Positions 1 to 8,763 of a stretch of DNA of 64,000 bases are shown here, one piece after another. Each line of letters opens with the position of its first letter. Positions within the stretch are counted from its first letter, which is position 1. The stretch comes from a candidate division WOR-3 bacterium. Its GTDB lineage: Bacteria > Hydrothermota > Hydrothermia > JBDRYB01. The stretch is taken from the NCBI GenBank assembly GCA_039803205.1, contig JBDRYB010000001.1, positions 203,413 through 267,412 on the forward strand, read 5' to 3'. Below the pieces are notes generated by a model that made no database searches, had not been told where the DNA came from, and worked only from the letters and a program-made list of their open reading frames with translations. The position numbers were made by a program, and so were the translations under genes.

Positions 1-2
1 AA

Positions 3-575
3 GAGGCACTTCTCCTTAGAGTGCCTGAAGTCAGCCTCCACGAGCTTGCCTACCAGTATCATGGGCTTGATAAGAGGCTTCTCCAGAAACTCCTTGAAGG
101 CGTGGTATGCCGATTCGTTATAGACGCGTTCCCGTTTTCTCCTGGGCATCCTGACCTCAATGGGCCCTATCATTCTCAGGACCTTGGGGGGCGCGAGATC
201 AGCAAGCTCCTTTACTATGGGCAGTAGATCGGGGGAGGCCTCCCGTTCATCCTCTACATGTTCCCAGGTTTCCATGAGAAGCTCCAAGGCCCTTTCGGGC
301 GCGAGCTCGGGTTCCACATCCGGCTCCGGGGTCAGGGGCCCGGGCGCGGGTTTGGGAGCAACGAGGCCTATCTGGGTAGAACCCTGTTCCCACGCCGCAA
401 TCCTCAGGCCAAAGCGTTCCGGATCAAACCTTATTCCCTTTATTATTTGCCCAAGAGCGGCCCTATAGGCAGAATTGAATTTCCCAAGCACCCTCAGCAG
501 AGCATCAAGGGGCAGCTCACCTTCCTCCGCCTCCGTGAAGCGCAGAACAACCAAAACCTCTTCCATTTTCCTCAA
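3..575 (-). CDS. Hypothetical protein, partial (runs off the left edge)
   Basis: Own translation of the minus strand gives an open frame from TTG 575 / ATG 566 (MEEVLVVLRFTEAEEGELPLDALL...) to the window edge, with GGAGG upstream. Absent from the ORF track because no stop is in the window. Confidence 0.65.
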   Translation of the reverse strand, partial: MRKMEEVLVVLRFTEAEEGELPLDALLRVLGKFNSAYRAALGQIIKGIRFDPERFGLRIAAWEQGSTQIGLVAPKPAPGPLTPEPDVEPELAPERALELLMETWEHVEDEREASPDLLPIVKELADLAPPKVLRMIGPIEVRMPRRKRERVYNESAYHAFKEFLEKPLIKPMILVGKLVEADFRHSKEKCL

Positions 576-629
576 GGCAAACCTCCCTGAGCTGTTATAA
601 TATTAGCGCAGGGTCGCGAGCGATTGCAA

Positions 630-1361
630 TCATTTCCAAAAAAGATCAACTGACCCCATGAAGTAATCCAGGCCCTCTGCCCCGATGTCCAGCGAGGCAA
701 AAGGCAGGCCCAGGCCGAACCCCCATGTGAGGCCCCTCTCCCTCGTGAAGGGGTTCTCCCTCCAGCCAGCCCTCGCGGATATGTCGGCAAAGGATGCGAC
801 GGTGAAGGATGCGTCAAACCCAGCGCTCATCCTCCACTTCCGCTCCCCCCACGGCTGTCTGAGGTCCAGAATGACGATATATGGAACGCTGTATCCCGTG
901 ACCAAGGATAAAGAAAGCCCTGTCTCCGGCTCGCGGACGAGCTCGTATAGGGCCAGGCCACCAGCGAGCCTCCCGAGGCCCCTTATTGATGCCTGCGGCA
1001 CCAAACCAAGGCTAATGTGGACTCGGTGGTCCTGGCCATCGTGGGAGTATGCCCCTAGCCCACCGAGGGAGAGCCAGCTTAGGAGGGCCTTGCTCAGAGA
1101 GACCCCGTATTCCCACTCATCTGAGGCGAATGAGCCGTATACCAGGGAATTGAACTCGTGCGCTGGAAGTATGACGGCTAATGATTGGGTGTCCCCGGCC
1201 CATGTCCTAGCGTAGATGCCCTCAAGCCTGTTGAAGAGGCCGAGGGTTCCAGGGTTATCCCGCGCGGCTCCTGGGTCATATGGAAGCCCTGATAGGGAAC
1301 CGAGCGCAACGGCCTTGGCGCTCCAGAAGGCTCCGAGTAGGATAGTGCCCAAGCCGGTCAT
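630..1361 (-). CDS. Putative outer-membrane beta-barrel protein (possibly PorV/FadL-like)
   Basis: Signal-peptide-like N-terminus, DPGAARDNPGTLG resembling the D..a...NPa.l motif, amphipathic beta strands and an aromatic C-terminus (VDLFWK). Confidence 0.45.
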   Translation of the reverse strand: MTGLGTILLGAFWSAKAVALGSLSGLPYDPGAARDNPGTLGLFNRLEGIYARTWAGDTQSLAVILPAHEFNSLVYGSFASDEWEYGVSLSKALLSWLSLGGLGAYSHDGQDHRVHISLGLVPQASIRGLGRLAGGLALYELVREPETGLSLSLVTGYSVPYIVILDLRQPWGERKWRMSAGFDASFTVASFADISARAGWRENPFTRERGLTWGFGLGLPFASLDIGAEGLDYFMGSVDLFWK

Positions 1362-1400
1362 CGCTCTGGCAGAAATTATGAACCACAGGCCGCGGTTTTT

Positions 1401-1835
1401 TCAAAATCCCGCGCCAGCTCGCTCAGGGTGTATGATCACCTCCCACTCCAGCCTCGCTATGGCCTTGAGGTGAGCCGAGACAGAGCAGTATTTCTCAATT
1501 GAAAGCCTTGCCGCTTTCTCGTAATCCCCCCTGTTTTTCTCCTGGCCAACGAAGTGATACTCAATCCTTATCTCCTCGTAGACCCTCGGATGGGTTTCGG
1601 CCCTCCGGCCTTCTATGTCGATCCAGAAATCAGAGAAACCGACCCCGGTTTTCCCCAATATGGAGACCACATCCATGCCAGTGCAGGCCGCCGCGCACGC
1701 CAGGAGGGTCTCCATGGGCGTGGGGCCCTCTCCGCCTCGCTCGGGGCCGACATCAAAATGAATGGGGCGGCCCGATGGCCCCTGGGCCACGAACCTCATT
1801 CCGGATATGTGATCCAGCCTGAGCTTTGTGGTCAT
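1401..1835 (-). CDS. OsmC/Ohr family protein
   Basis: GPTPMETLLACAAACTGMDV and EKYCSVS motifs with two conserved Cys. Confidence 0.9.
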   Translation of the reverse strand: MTTKLRLDHISGMRFVAQGPSGRPIHFDVGPERGGEGPTPMETLLACAAACTGMDVVSILGKTGVGFSDFWIDIEGRRAETHPRVYEEIRIEYHFVGQEKNRGDYEKAARLSIEKYCSVSAHLKAIARLEWEVIIHPERAGAGF

Positions 1836-2953
1836 TCCTCGAAGCTCCTTTCCTTGGCCTTGAGAAACGCGAAGAGGCTTTCAAGGAGCCGTTTCAGCTC
1901 CTTGGCCTTAGGGTGAGCGTTTAGGGATGACACCTCGTCAAGACAGCCCATAGCCATCTCAAAATCCCCGCTCATAACCAGGGCACAAGCGACATGGTAG
2001 TTTATACGGGGAGAAAGCGAAGGGTCCCTTCGCGCGGCCTCCAAGTATCTCCTTACCGCTTCCTTGTATTTCCCCTGAGCGTAATAGACCTCCCCGAGAA
2101 ACAGGTGAGCGACAGAAAGGGTGGGATCGAGAGCGAGGGCCTTTGCCGCGATGTCCTCTGCCTGCTCAAAATCCTCCATCTCAAAGCGCTCATAGGCCAT
2201 AAGGAGCAACCTGTGCACCACGGGGAACACATCCTGGGGAGGGGTCTCTCGCTCGGTGACCTCAATTACGCCCTTCTCAATCAAGGAGACTACTGCCTTT
2301 GCGACCTCAAATGTGCTCTCTGGGAACTGATCCGCTATCTCGCGGACGGACCTATTCCCGTCAACCGAGGCCAGGACCTTCCACTCGCTCGGCGTGAAGC
2401 TCAGAGGGCCATCCGGGAGGGATTTTGTATATTGGGGCACGACCTCAAAAGAGGGGAGCTTGGACGAGATCCACTCCCACTCGTCAATGTGCCTGGCCCC
2501 CTGAACCAGGAGCTCCAGAGAATCAACCTCAAGGAGATTCAGGGTCTCCGGGACATCCATATCCTTGAATAGGAACCTGCCGCTGTTCCAGCGGAGCAAT
2601 TCGCCCATCCTCTCCTCAGTGAGGCGCTTCGCGTGTCTCGCTACCTCAACCTTCCTCGGGTTATCCGATTCCAGTATCTCAATCAGGGTGTTCAGCTCCG
2701 TGGCCTCACCCGCTTTCAATGCGGGCATTGGGTATCCCATAACCGAGAGGACATCGGACAATTGCTTTCCTCTTCTCAGGTAGATGAACTTTACCTGGCC
2801 CTCCCTGAGAAATATGTTCCCTCTATCACCGATGCCCTCCTCAAGGCTCAGGTGTTCCCTCTCAACGATGAGGACTCCGGTCCTCCTGTTCATCAGGAGT
2901 ATCTGAAGGAGGTCCATCAAGGGGAGATCGGATAATTCGCCCCTAAGAGGCAC
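1832..2953 (-). CDS. DUF4388 (PatA-N-like) domain protein with C-terminal TPRs
   Basis: LRGELSDLPLMDLLQIL...TGVL, W..GRF.F and EWKVLASVDGNRSVREIA motifs, followed by TPR helices. Confidence 0.8.
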   Translation of the reverse strand: MPLRGELSDLPLMDLLQILLMNRRTGVLIVEREHLSLEEGIGDRGNIFLREGQVKFIYLRRGKQLSDVLSVMGYPMPALKAGEATELNTLIEILESDNPRKVEVARHAKRLTEERMGELLRWNSGRFLFKDMDVPETLNLLEVDSLELLVQGARHIDEWEWISSKLPSFEVVPQYTKSLPDGPLSFTPSEWKVLASVDGNRSVREIADQFPESTFEVAKAVVSLIEKGVIEVTERETPPQDVFPVVHRLLLMAYERFEMEDFEQAEDIAAKALALDPTLSVAHLFLGEVYYAQGKYKEAVRRYLEAARRDPSLSPRINYHVACALVMSGDFEMAMGCLDEVSSLNAHPKAKELKRLLESLFAFLKAKERSFEE

Positions 2954-5285
2954 CTCTTCCTCCTTTTTGTTTTGAAACCTCTGCCATCAGGTATGCTCTC
3001 ATGTTCTCCAGCTGGGCTATGTTCCGCTTTGCCTTCCACGCGAGGGCCTGGTCATAAGCGAGGCTCTCAACCTCTTTCCAGTTCTTTATAGCGGCCTCAT
3101 AGGCTCCCCTTATAGCGCACATCAGGCCCATGAGGTAGAACACCCTTGCCCTGTCAACGCCGGTTTTCAGAGCCTCCTCAAGGCGCTCAGAGGCCTCGTC
3201 ATATCGCTCTCGGAGAAAAGCGACCTCACCGAGAAACAGATGGCCTCTCGGGTCCCCTCTGGAGATGAGGGCCTGGGCTATCCGCTGAACCTCATCGTGT
3301 TTTCCGGATGAGATCATGAGCTCCCCGACCCAGAACAGGGCCTCCGGGTTCTCGTGATCCAGGAGAAGGGCCTTTTTCAGGAACATCTCTGCCTCCCTGG
3401 GCCTTCTGAGCCTCAGAAGAACCCTCCCTGCCCATGCCCAGAGATCGGGGTCTTTCTCCTGGCCCTTGAGCATGTAAAGTATGTGTTTGAGGGCCGCTGC
3501 CCAGTTGCCGAGCCACTCCTCTGAGAGGGCCAAAAGGAGCCTGTCCTCAGGCGTAGGGTTGGTTATGGAAGAGAGATACTCCCTTGCCTCCCTGAACCTT
3601 CCGGATCGGAAATAGACGAGGGCCTTGACCCTCAGGAAACGCTGATCAAAAGGAGAGGCCTTCAGGAGTTCGTCCAATATTGCCAGAACATCCCTGTGCT
3701 TCCCGGTCTCAAGGAGCTTGTCCAGGACCTCATCAAGCCTTCCGCTCCTTTCCAGCTCCTCTGCTGGCGGAAGGGATTCCGAGACCTCAACCGGTATATC
3801 AAATGATAGGCCCCTGAAGGCGAAAAACATGGTGTCTTTCCTGTAGTAGTGCCGGATCGCCCTTGCCTGGCGCATGAACTCAAAGAAACGGGCAAAGCTC
3901 TTTTTCTTGAAATATATGGAGCCCAGGCCTATAAGAGCATCCCCGAAGCCAGGGTCTATCCTGAGAGCCGAGAGGAGCTCCTTTTCCGCGCCCTCATCAT
4001 CCCCCAGAACCCTTTTTATCTCCGAGAGCAGGTTGTGATAGTGAACGCCTTCCCCCCTGGCCTCCTTGAAATGTTCAAGGGCTCTGGCCGCTCCTTCCGC
4101 ATCCCCTGACCTGAGAAGGATATACGCCTTGTTGTAGAAGGCCACCGGAATGCTCTCGGCCTTGCTGAGTTGAGGGAGCGCTTCCCCAGGGGAGCGGTTC
4201 ACGAGGTAAAGTAGAACGCCGTAATTTAGGCAGGCGAACTCGTCCCCGGATTCAGCGGCCAGGCTCGCGGATTCCAGGGCTGGTTTGGCCCTTCCCATGA
4301 AATACGAGTTCAGGGCCCTCAGGATGAGCGCCTCTGTGTTCGGGTGGGGCATGCTGTTGAGGAGGAGCATGCTCGTTGAATGCTGGCCCTCCAAGAAATA
4401 TAGGAGCGCCTCTGCCATGAGGGCCTTTTGGGTTTCCTGGGGGCTTGTGGCGAACTTCTTCGCCTTCTCTATCTCCCTCTCAGCATCGGAGAAAAGCCCC
4501 TTGCCCATGTAAGCCTCCGCGAGCTCCAACCTTGACTGGAACGGGTCTCCACCCGCCTCAGGCTCAGGCTCTACCTCAGGCTCGGCTTCCACGCTGAGGA
4601 CATCCTCCGCCTCAGTCAGCTTCGGGTTTATTGCTGATGCCTTCTCAACGCACTCAAGCGCCTTGTCCAAGAGCCCCATCTCCCCGTAGACGAAAGAGAG
4701 CAGGTAATATGTCTCAGCGGAATCGGGGTCAAGTTGCCTCGCCTTTTCCAGCTCCTGAAGGGCAATATCAAGGCGCTGGGTGTTGTAGTGAACCTCACCG
4801 AGGAGCCTGTATGCCTCTGCCGAGCCAGGGTCCACCTCCACCACCCTCTTCAAGAAACCCTCAGCTCCGTGATAATCCCTGCGCTTTCTCAGTATCCTCG
4901 CGGCACCGAGGAGCGCCCTCGTCTCAGACGGCCTCACGCTGAGAACGGACATGAACTCCGCGAGGGCCTCGTTGCTCCTGCCCATGTTGGAGAGCGCTTC
5001 GGCAGTCGCCAGGCGCCTTGCGATCGCATCCGGATACCCCTGCGCCCTTGAGAGATAATATTCAAGGACATCGTCCTTCCTCCCTACGGTTCTGAGAACG
5101 GCCTCAAGGTTTCGCCTCGCTGGTTCAAAGTTGGGGTCTATCTCAAGCGCCCTCTCCAGCTCCCGAACAGCGTCCTCCGCATATCCCTTCCTGAAAAGTA
5201 TTACCGCTATGTTGTTGTGCGCGTGGGGATCGCGAGGGTCCAGCCTCTCCGCGAGCCCAACCAGAAACCCTCGTTCATCCATCAT
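2943..5285 (-). CDS. Large tetratricopeptide-repeat protein
   Basis: Many TPR motifs (AHNNIAVIL...ALEIDP; AYRLLGEVHY...LDPD). Confidence 0.85.
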   Translation of the reverse strand: MMDERGFLVGLAERLDPRDPHAHNNIAVILFRKGYAEDAVRELERALEIDPNFEPARRNLEAVLRTVGRKDDVLEYYLSRAQGYPDAIARRLATAEALSNMGRSNEALAEFMSVLSVRPSETRALLGAARILRKRRDYHGAEGFLKRVVEVDPGSAEAYRLLGEVHYNTQRLDIALQELEKARQLDPDSAETYYLLSFVYGEMGLLDKALECVEKASAINPKLTEAEDVLSVEAEPEVEPEPEAGGDPFQSRLELAEAYMGKGLFSDAEREIEKAKKFATSPQETQKALMAEALLYFLEGQHSTSMLLLNSMPHPNTEALILRALNSYFMGRAKPALESASLAAESGDEFACLNYGVLLYLVNRSPGEALPQLSKAESIPVAFYNKAYILLRSGDAEGAARALEHFKEARGEGVHYHNLLSEIKRVLGDDEGAEKELLSALRIDPGFGDALIGLGSIYFKKKSFARFFEFMRQARAIRHYYRKDTMFFAFRGLSFDIPVEVSESLPPAEELERSGRLDEVLDKLLETGKHRDVLAILDELLKASPFDQRFLRVKALVYFRSGRFREAREYLSSITNPTPEDRLLLALSEEWLGNWAAALKHILYMLKGQEKDPDLWAWAGRVLLRLRRPREAEMFLKKALLLDHENPEALFWVGELMISSGKHDEVQRIAQALISRGDPRGHLFLGEVAFLRERYDEASERLEEALKTGVDRARVFYLMGLMCAIRGAYEAAIKNWKEVESLAYDQALAWKAKRNIAQLENMRAYLMAEVSKQKGGRGAS

Positions 5286-5878
5286 CCCAGCATTTCCCCT
5301 ATCTTCTCAGCGAAAATGGCTATGGATTCCTGCAACGGCACGAATATCATCTCCCATGTGACCTTGGACTCTACCCTCATCTCAACCTCTATCCCTATGA
5401 ATAGAGAGCCCGGGGTCCCGGCCTGGTCAACGAACCCTGAGACGATATCCCCGTGTGGGCCGCGCTCCACCCTCGGGGTTGACTGAAAAGCGACCAGATC
5501 CATCATGTTCGCCATGGCTGAGAGGAAAGCGCCTGAGACGATGTGAGCGGTCTCGGCCAGGCCTGATATGGCTAGTTCCTCGTTCTCCGAGAGATTCCCC
5601 TCTGGCCAGAGCGCCTCAAGTATTGGCCTTGCGGAGGATTCTGAGACGCACATGAGGACCCATCCCTTGATGTCCCCAAGGACCCTAAACCTGAAGCCGA
5701 AGACAGGCGTTCTGTCCCCGTCAAAAGCCTCCCTCGCCTCAGAGAGGGTGCCGTGCCAGACCCTCGGAACAGCTATGCTTACGGGCCTGCCGAGGAGGGT
5801 TGAGAGGGCTGTAGCGCCGTGTCCTGAGCCTATGTTTATTATCTCCCTGAGGCCGTCCAAGAGCTCCTCATCCCTCAT
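5282..5878 (-). CDS. cheC: CheC-family CheY-P phosphatase
   Basis: LREIINIGSGHGATALSTLLG motif and a second, degenerate E..HI..GAFLSAM motif; adjacent to cheY. Confidence 0.85.
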   Translation of the reverse strand: MRDEELLDGLREIINIGSGHGATALSTLLGRPVSIAVPRVWHGTLSEAREAFDGDRTPVFGFRFRVLGDIKGWVLMCVSESSARPILEALWPEGNLSENEELAISGLAETAHIVSGAFLSAMANMMDLVAFQSTPRVERGPHGDIVSGFVDQAGTPGSLFIGIEVEMRVESKVTWEMIFVPLQESIAIFAEKIGEMLG

Positions 5879-6246
5879 GCGCTCTCCCTGAGAACCCTCC
5901 CTATGACCTCAAGAACCACAGAGGGGTGAAACGGCTTGACTATGAAATCCTTGGCTCCGGAGCTCATGGCCTCAGATACGAGGCTCTGCTGGCCCATGGC
6001 CGATACCACCACTATCCTCGCCTTCGGATCCGAAGCCATTATCTCCTTTATGGCGTCTATCCCGGACATATCTGGCATGACGAGGTCCATCGTCACCACA
6101 TCCGGCTTAAGCCTCTTGTAAAGGGCTATCGCCTCTGAACCCGTCTCCGCCTCACCGGAGACCTCGTAGCCCCCCTCCTCAAGTATCTTGGCGAGGAGCT
6201 TTCGCATGAACTTGGCATCGTCAGCAATGAGAACCCTGTTCCTCAT
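5875..6246 (-). CDS. cheY: Single-domain response regulator, CheY-like
   Basis: VLIADDAKFMR, PDVVTMDLVMP, SAMGQ and AKDFIVKPF motifs. Confidence 0.9.
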   Translation of the reverse strand: MRNRVLIADDAKFMRKLLAKILEEGGYEVSGEAETGSEAIALYKRLKPDVVTMDLVMPDMSGIDAIKEIMASDPKARIVVVSAMGQQSLVSEAMSSGAKDFIVKPFHPSVVLEVIGRVLRESA

Positions 6247-6253
6247 CGGGCAA

Positions 6254-6259
6254 ATTATA
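6254..6259 (-). promoter_or_regulatory. -10 box of a probable leaderless cheY transcript
   Basis: TATAAT 7 nt upstream of the ATG with no Shine-Dalgarno in between. Confidence 0.55.
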
Positions 6260-6293
6260 ATGGGTTGGCGGGGGTTATCTCAATTTCGGGGGC

Positions 6294-7817
6294 CTACCTC
6301 ACCGCCAATTTCCCCTTTTGTATATTGGTCTCCCAGATGTAGACCCCTGGCTCAAGGGGGATCCGGTTCTCGCCCTCGTGCAATTCGCCGGAATAGACTA
6401 GCCTTCCGTCGGATTTGTATATCTTTATCCCAACATCATAAGGGGAAATGAAAAGCGCGCCTCCGGGGACCGGGGAGCAGGTTATTTTGGGCCTGTTATA
6501 AACATCCCTTTCTTCAACGGCTGGCGGACAAACATCGGTTATAGTCAGGCTCGGGGTAGTTATAGTGGGGCTTGGGGATGATGTCTGAGGGGAGCAAGTC
6601 GTCACGCTAACCGAGGGCGAGGATGTGATCAGCGAGGGCGTTCCAACGGTTGGGGAGCATTCCTGAACACAGCCGGGATAGTTCCCGTCAGAACCCAGCT
6701 TGAGGACGAGGAAATAAGAACCGCCGGTGCCGAAACTCCTTGTGTATCCAGCGACAGCGTAGCCTCCGTCAGAAGTTTGGATTATGGAGCGGGCATCGTC
6801 ATAATCCGTTCCACCAAATGTCCTTGCCCAAACGAGAGAACCGTTGGAGTTCAGCTTGAGAACGAGGAAATCACCATAGCCAGCGCCGAAGCTCTCTGTT
6901 GCTCCCGCAACAGCGTAGCCTCCATCCGAGGTTTGGGTTATGGAGTAGGCCCAGTCATCGCCTATCCCCCCAAAAGTCCTTGCCCAGGCGAGAGAACCGT
7001 TGGAGTTCAGCTTGAGGACGAGGAAATCTTGATTGCCGGCGCCAAAGCTCTTTGTCTCTCCCGCGACAGCGTAGCCTCCATCAGAGGTTTGGGTGATGGA
7101 GAGGGCCCAGTCATAATTTGTTCCCCCAAATGTCCTTGCCCAGGCGAGAGAACCATCCGGGTTCAGCTTGAGGACGAGGAAATCATAATCGCCAGCGCCG
7201 AAACTATGTGTGGCTCCCGCGACAGCATAGCCTCCATCAGAGGTCTGGGTTATGGACTCGGCCCAGTCATCGCCTATCCTCCCAAATGTCCTTGCCCAGG
7301 CGAGAGAGCCATCCGGGTTCAGCTTGAGGACGAGGAAATCTTGATTGCCGGCGCCAAAGCTCTTTGTCTCTCCCGCGACAGCGTAGCCTCCATCAGAGGT
7401 TTGGGTGATGGAGAGGGCCCAGTCATAATTTGTTCCCCCAAATGTCCCTGCCCAGGCGAGAGAACCGTTGGAGTTCAGCTTGAGGACGAAGAAATCGACA
7501 TACCCGGCGCCGAAACTCGGCGTGTATCCCGCGACAGCGTAGCCTCCGTCAGAGGTCTGGGTTATGGAGTGGGCATAGTCCCAGCCCGTTCCACCAAATG
7601 TCCTGGCCCAAGCAACTGAGCCATCCGGATTCAGCTTGAGGACGAGGAAATCACTATTGCCGGCGCCGAAACTATATGTCCATCCCGCGACAGCGTAGCC
7701 TCCGTCCGCAGTCTGGACTATGGAGCGGGCATCGTCCCAGTTCGTTCCGCCAAAGGCTTTGGCGAAGAGCCACTGAGCGACCAAGATGTTTGTTGTGATA
7801 AAAGCGTATATCATCAT
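6294..7817 (-). CDS. Secreted 7-bladed beta-propeller (paralog A) with Cys/Ser/Thr/Pro stalk and short T9SS-like CTD
   Basis: Seven 51-aa repeats WARTFGGTxxDxAxSIxQTSDGGYAVAGxTxSFGAGxxDFLVLKL; CTD IKIYKSDGRLVY...PGVYIW...GKLAVR; GGAGG upstream of ATG 7817/7814. Confidence 0.85.
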   Translation of the reverse strand: MMIYAFITTNILVAQWLFAKAFGGTNWDDARSIVQTADGGYAVAGWTYSFGAGNSDFLVLKLNPDGSVAWARTFGGTGWDYAHSITQTSDGGYAVAGYTPSFGAGYVDFFVLKLNSNGSLAWAGTFGGTNYDWALSITQTSDGGYAVAGETKSFGAGNQDFLVLKLNPDGSLAWARTFGRIGDDWAESITQTSDGGYAVAGATHSFGAGDYDFLVLKLNPDGSLAWARTFGGTNYDWALSITQTSDGGYAVAGETKSFGAGNQDFLVLKLNSNGSLAWARTFGGIGDDWAYSITQTSDGGYAVAGATESFGAGYGDFLVLKLNSNGSLVWARTFGGTDYDDARSIIQTSDGGYAVAGYTRSFGTGGSYFLVLKLGSDGNYPGCVQECSPTVGTPSLITSSPSVSVTTCSPQTSSPSPTITTPSLTITDVCPPAVEERDVYNRPKITCSPVPGGALFISPYDVGIKIYKSDGRLVYSGELHEGENRIPLEPGVYIWETNIQKGKLAVR

Positions 7818-7868
7818 AAAACCCTCCGTTACGCCTAAATTATAAACCTTGTCAAGGGGCAAAACAGC

Positions 7869-7959
7869 CTACCGGATGGCCATCTTGCCGGATTGGTTGC
7901 GGGTTACGGGTTGCGGGTTGCGGGTTGTCCAGATGTAGACCCCTGGCTCAAGGCTCAGC
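7869..7959 (-). pseudogene. Orphan 3' tail of a propeller CTD gene, with GGGTTRC heptamers
   Basis: Encodes LSLEPGVYIWTTRNPQPVTRNQSGKMAIR*, nearly identical to the ends of paralogs B and C; no gene body upstream. Confidence 0.85.
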
Positions 7960-7989
7960 GAGCCTAAAACCGCGCACCATTATTATCCT

Positions 7990-8763
7990 ATGCCAAGCTG
8001 CAAGAGGATGAGATTGCCGGAGGGCCTCGTGTCCGATATGGTTCGGAAGGGGCTTGGCCCGCAGGAGATAGGGGTCTATTTCGCCCTGATAGCTGACCCG
8101 CAAACCCATCCATCTGGGGTTGTCCTGAACCAGGAGATAACGAGAACGAGGCTCGGTTTGGCCAAGAAAACCTGGAACCGGGTCCTGAGGAGGCTGGAAA
8201 AGGCCGGTTTCGTGATCCCATCCAGGGAGGTAAAAGGGGTTTTGCTCGTCCCGGAGATGAGCTCCTACTGCCTCAGAACCCCCTCTCAGTTTCACAGGGC
8301 TTTACGAGAAATGGCTGGGGTTCCGGATGACATAGCGTCCCCGTGGAAGGAGAGATACAGGGAGGAACTTTCATCCGAAAGGAATAATAAAAGATCTTAT
8401 AATAAAAAACATGAGAAAAATAATACAAAAGATGTTCCTGAGGGATGCGCGAGGGCGAACGAGCTCGTTTCTGCCTTCGCGAGCGCGTGGAAAACCCAGA
8501 ACCCAGGGGTTCCTTTCTCAGGAGGAGGTGGGCTGGGAAGGTTCCTCAAATCAGCCCTGCGGGAACTCCAGCGAGATGGTTGCCCGGAACCGCAGGAGAC
8601 CATAAGAAAGACGATTGCCTATTGGTTCAATCCTCCCCCTGATCTGCACGGGTTCGCGAGCTCTGTCTCATACGGGTGGGAAGGGTTCATAAAGAAATAC
8701 CCGGAGCTCCTCAGGCGGGTTAGATACGACGAGAGGCCAACGCAAACGAGGAGGATCAATTGA
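7990..8763 (+). CDS. Phage/plasmid-type replication initiator-like protein (N-terminal winged HTH)
   Basis: wHTH-like TRTRLGLAKKTWNRVLRRLEKAGFV, Asn/Lys-rich linker, helical C-terminal domain; stop overlaps the start of a DnaC-like gene. Confidence 0.6.
   Translation: MPSCKRMRLPEGLVSDMVRKGLGPQEIGVYFALIADPQTHPSGVVLNQEITRTRLGLAKKTWNRVLRRLEKAGFVIPSREVKGVLLVPEMSSYCLRTPSQFHRALREMAGVPDDIASPWKERYREELSSERNNKRSYNKKHEKNNTKDVPEGCARANELVSAFASAWKTQNPGVPFSGGGGLGRFLKSALRELQRDGCPEPQETIRKTIAYWFNPPPDLHGFASSVSYGWEGFIKKYPELLRRVRYDERPTQTRRIN

Noticed and set aside
6700..7760. CRISPR array (regular repeats with variable inserts)
   Set aside because: The period is 153 bp, in frame within an intact ORF; variable parts are only a few codons; no cas genes.
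7838..7854. Canonical sigma70 promoter TTGACA...TATAAT upstream of A, B and C
   Set aside because: Spacing is 5, 6 and 11 nt rather than about 17, so the two hexamers cannot form one standard promoter; the -10 alone may still function.
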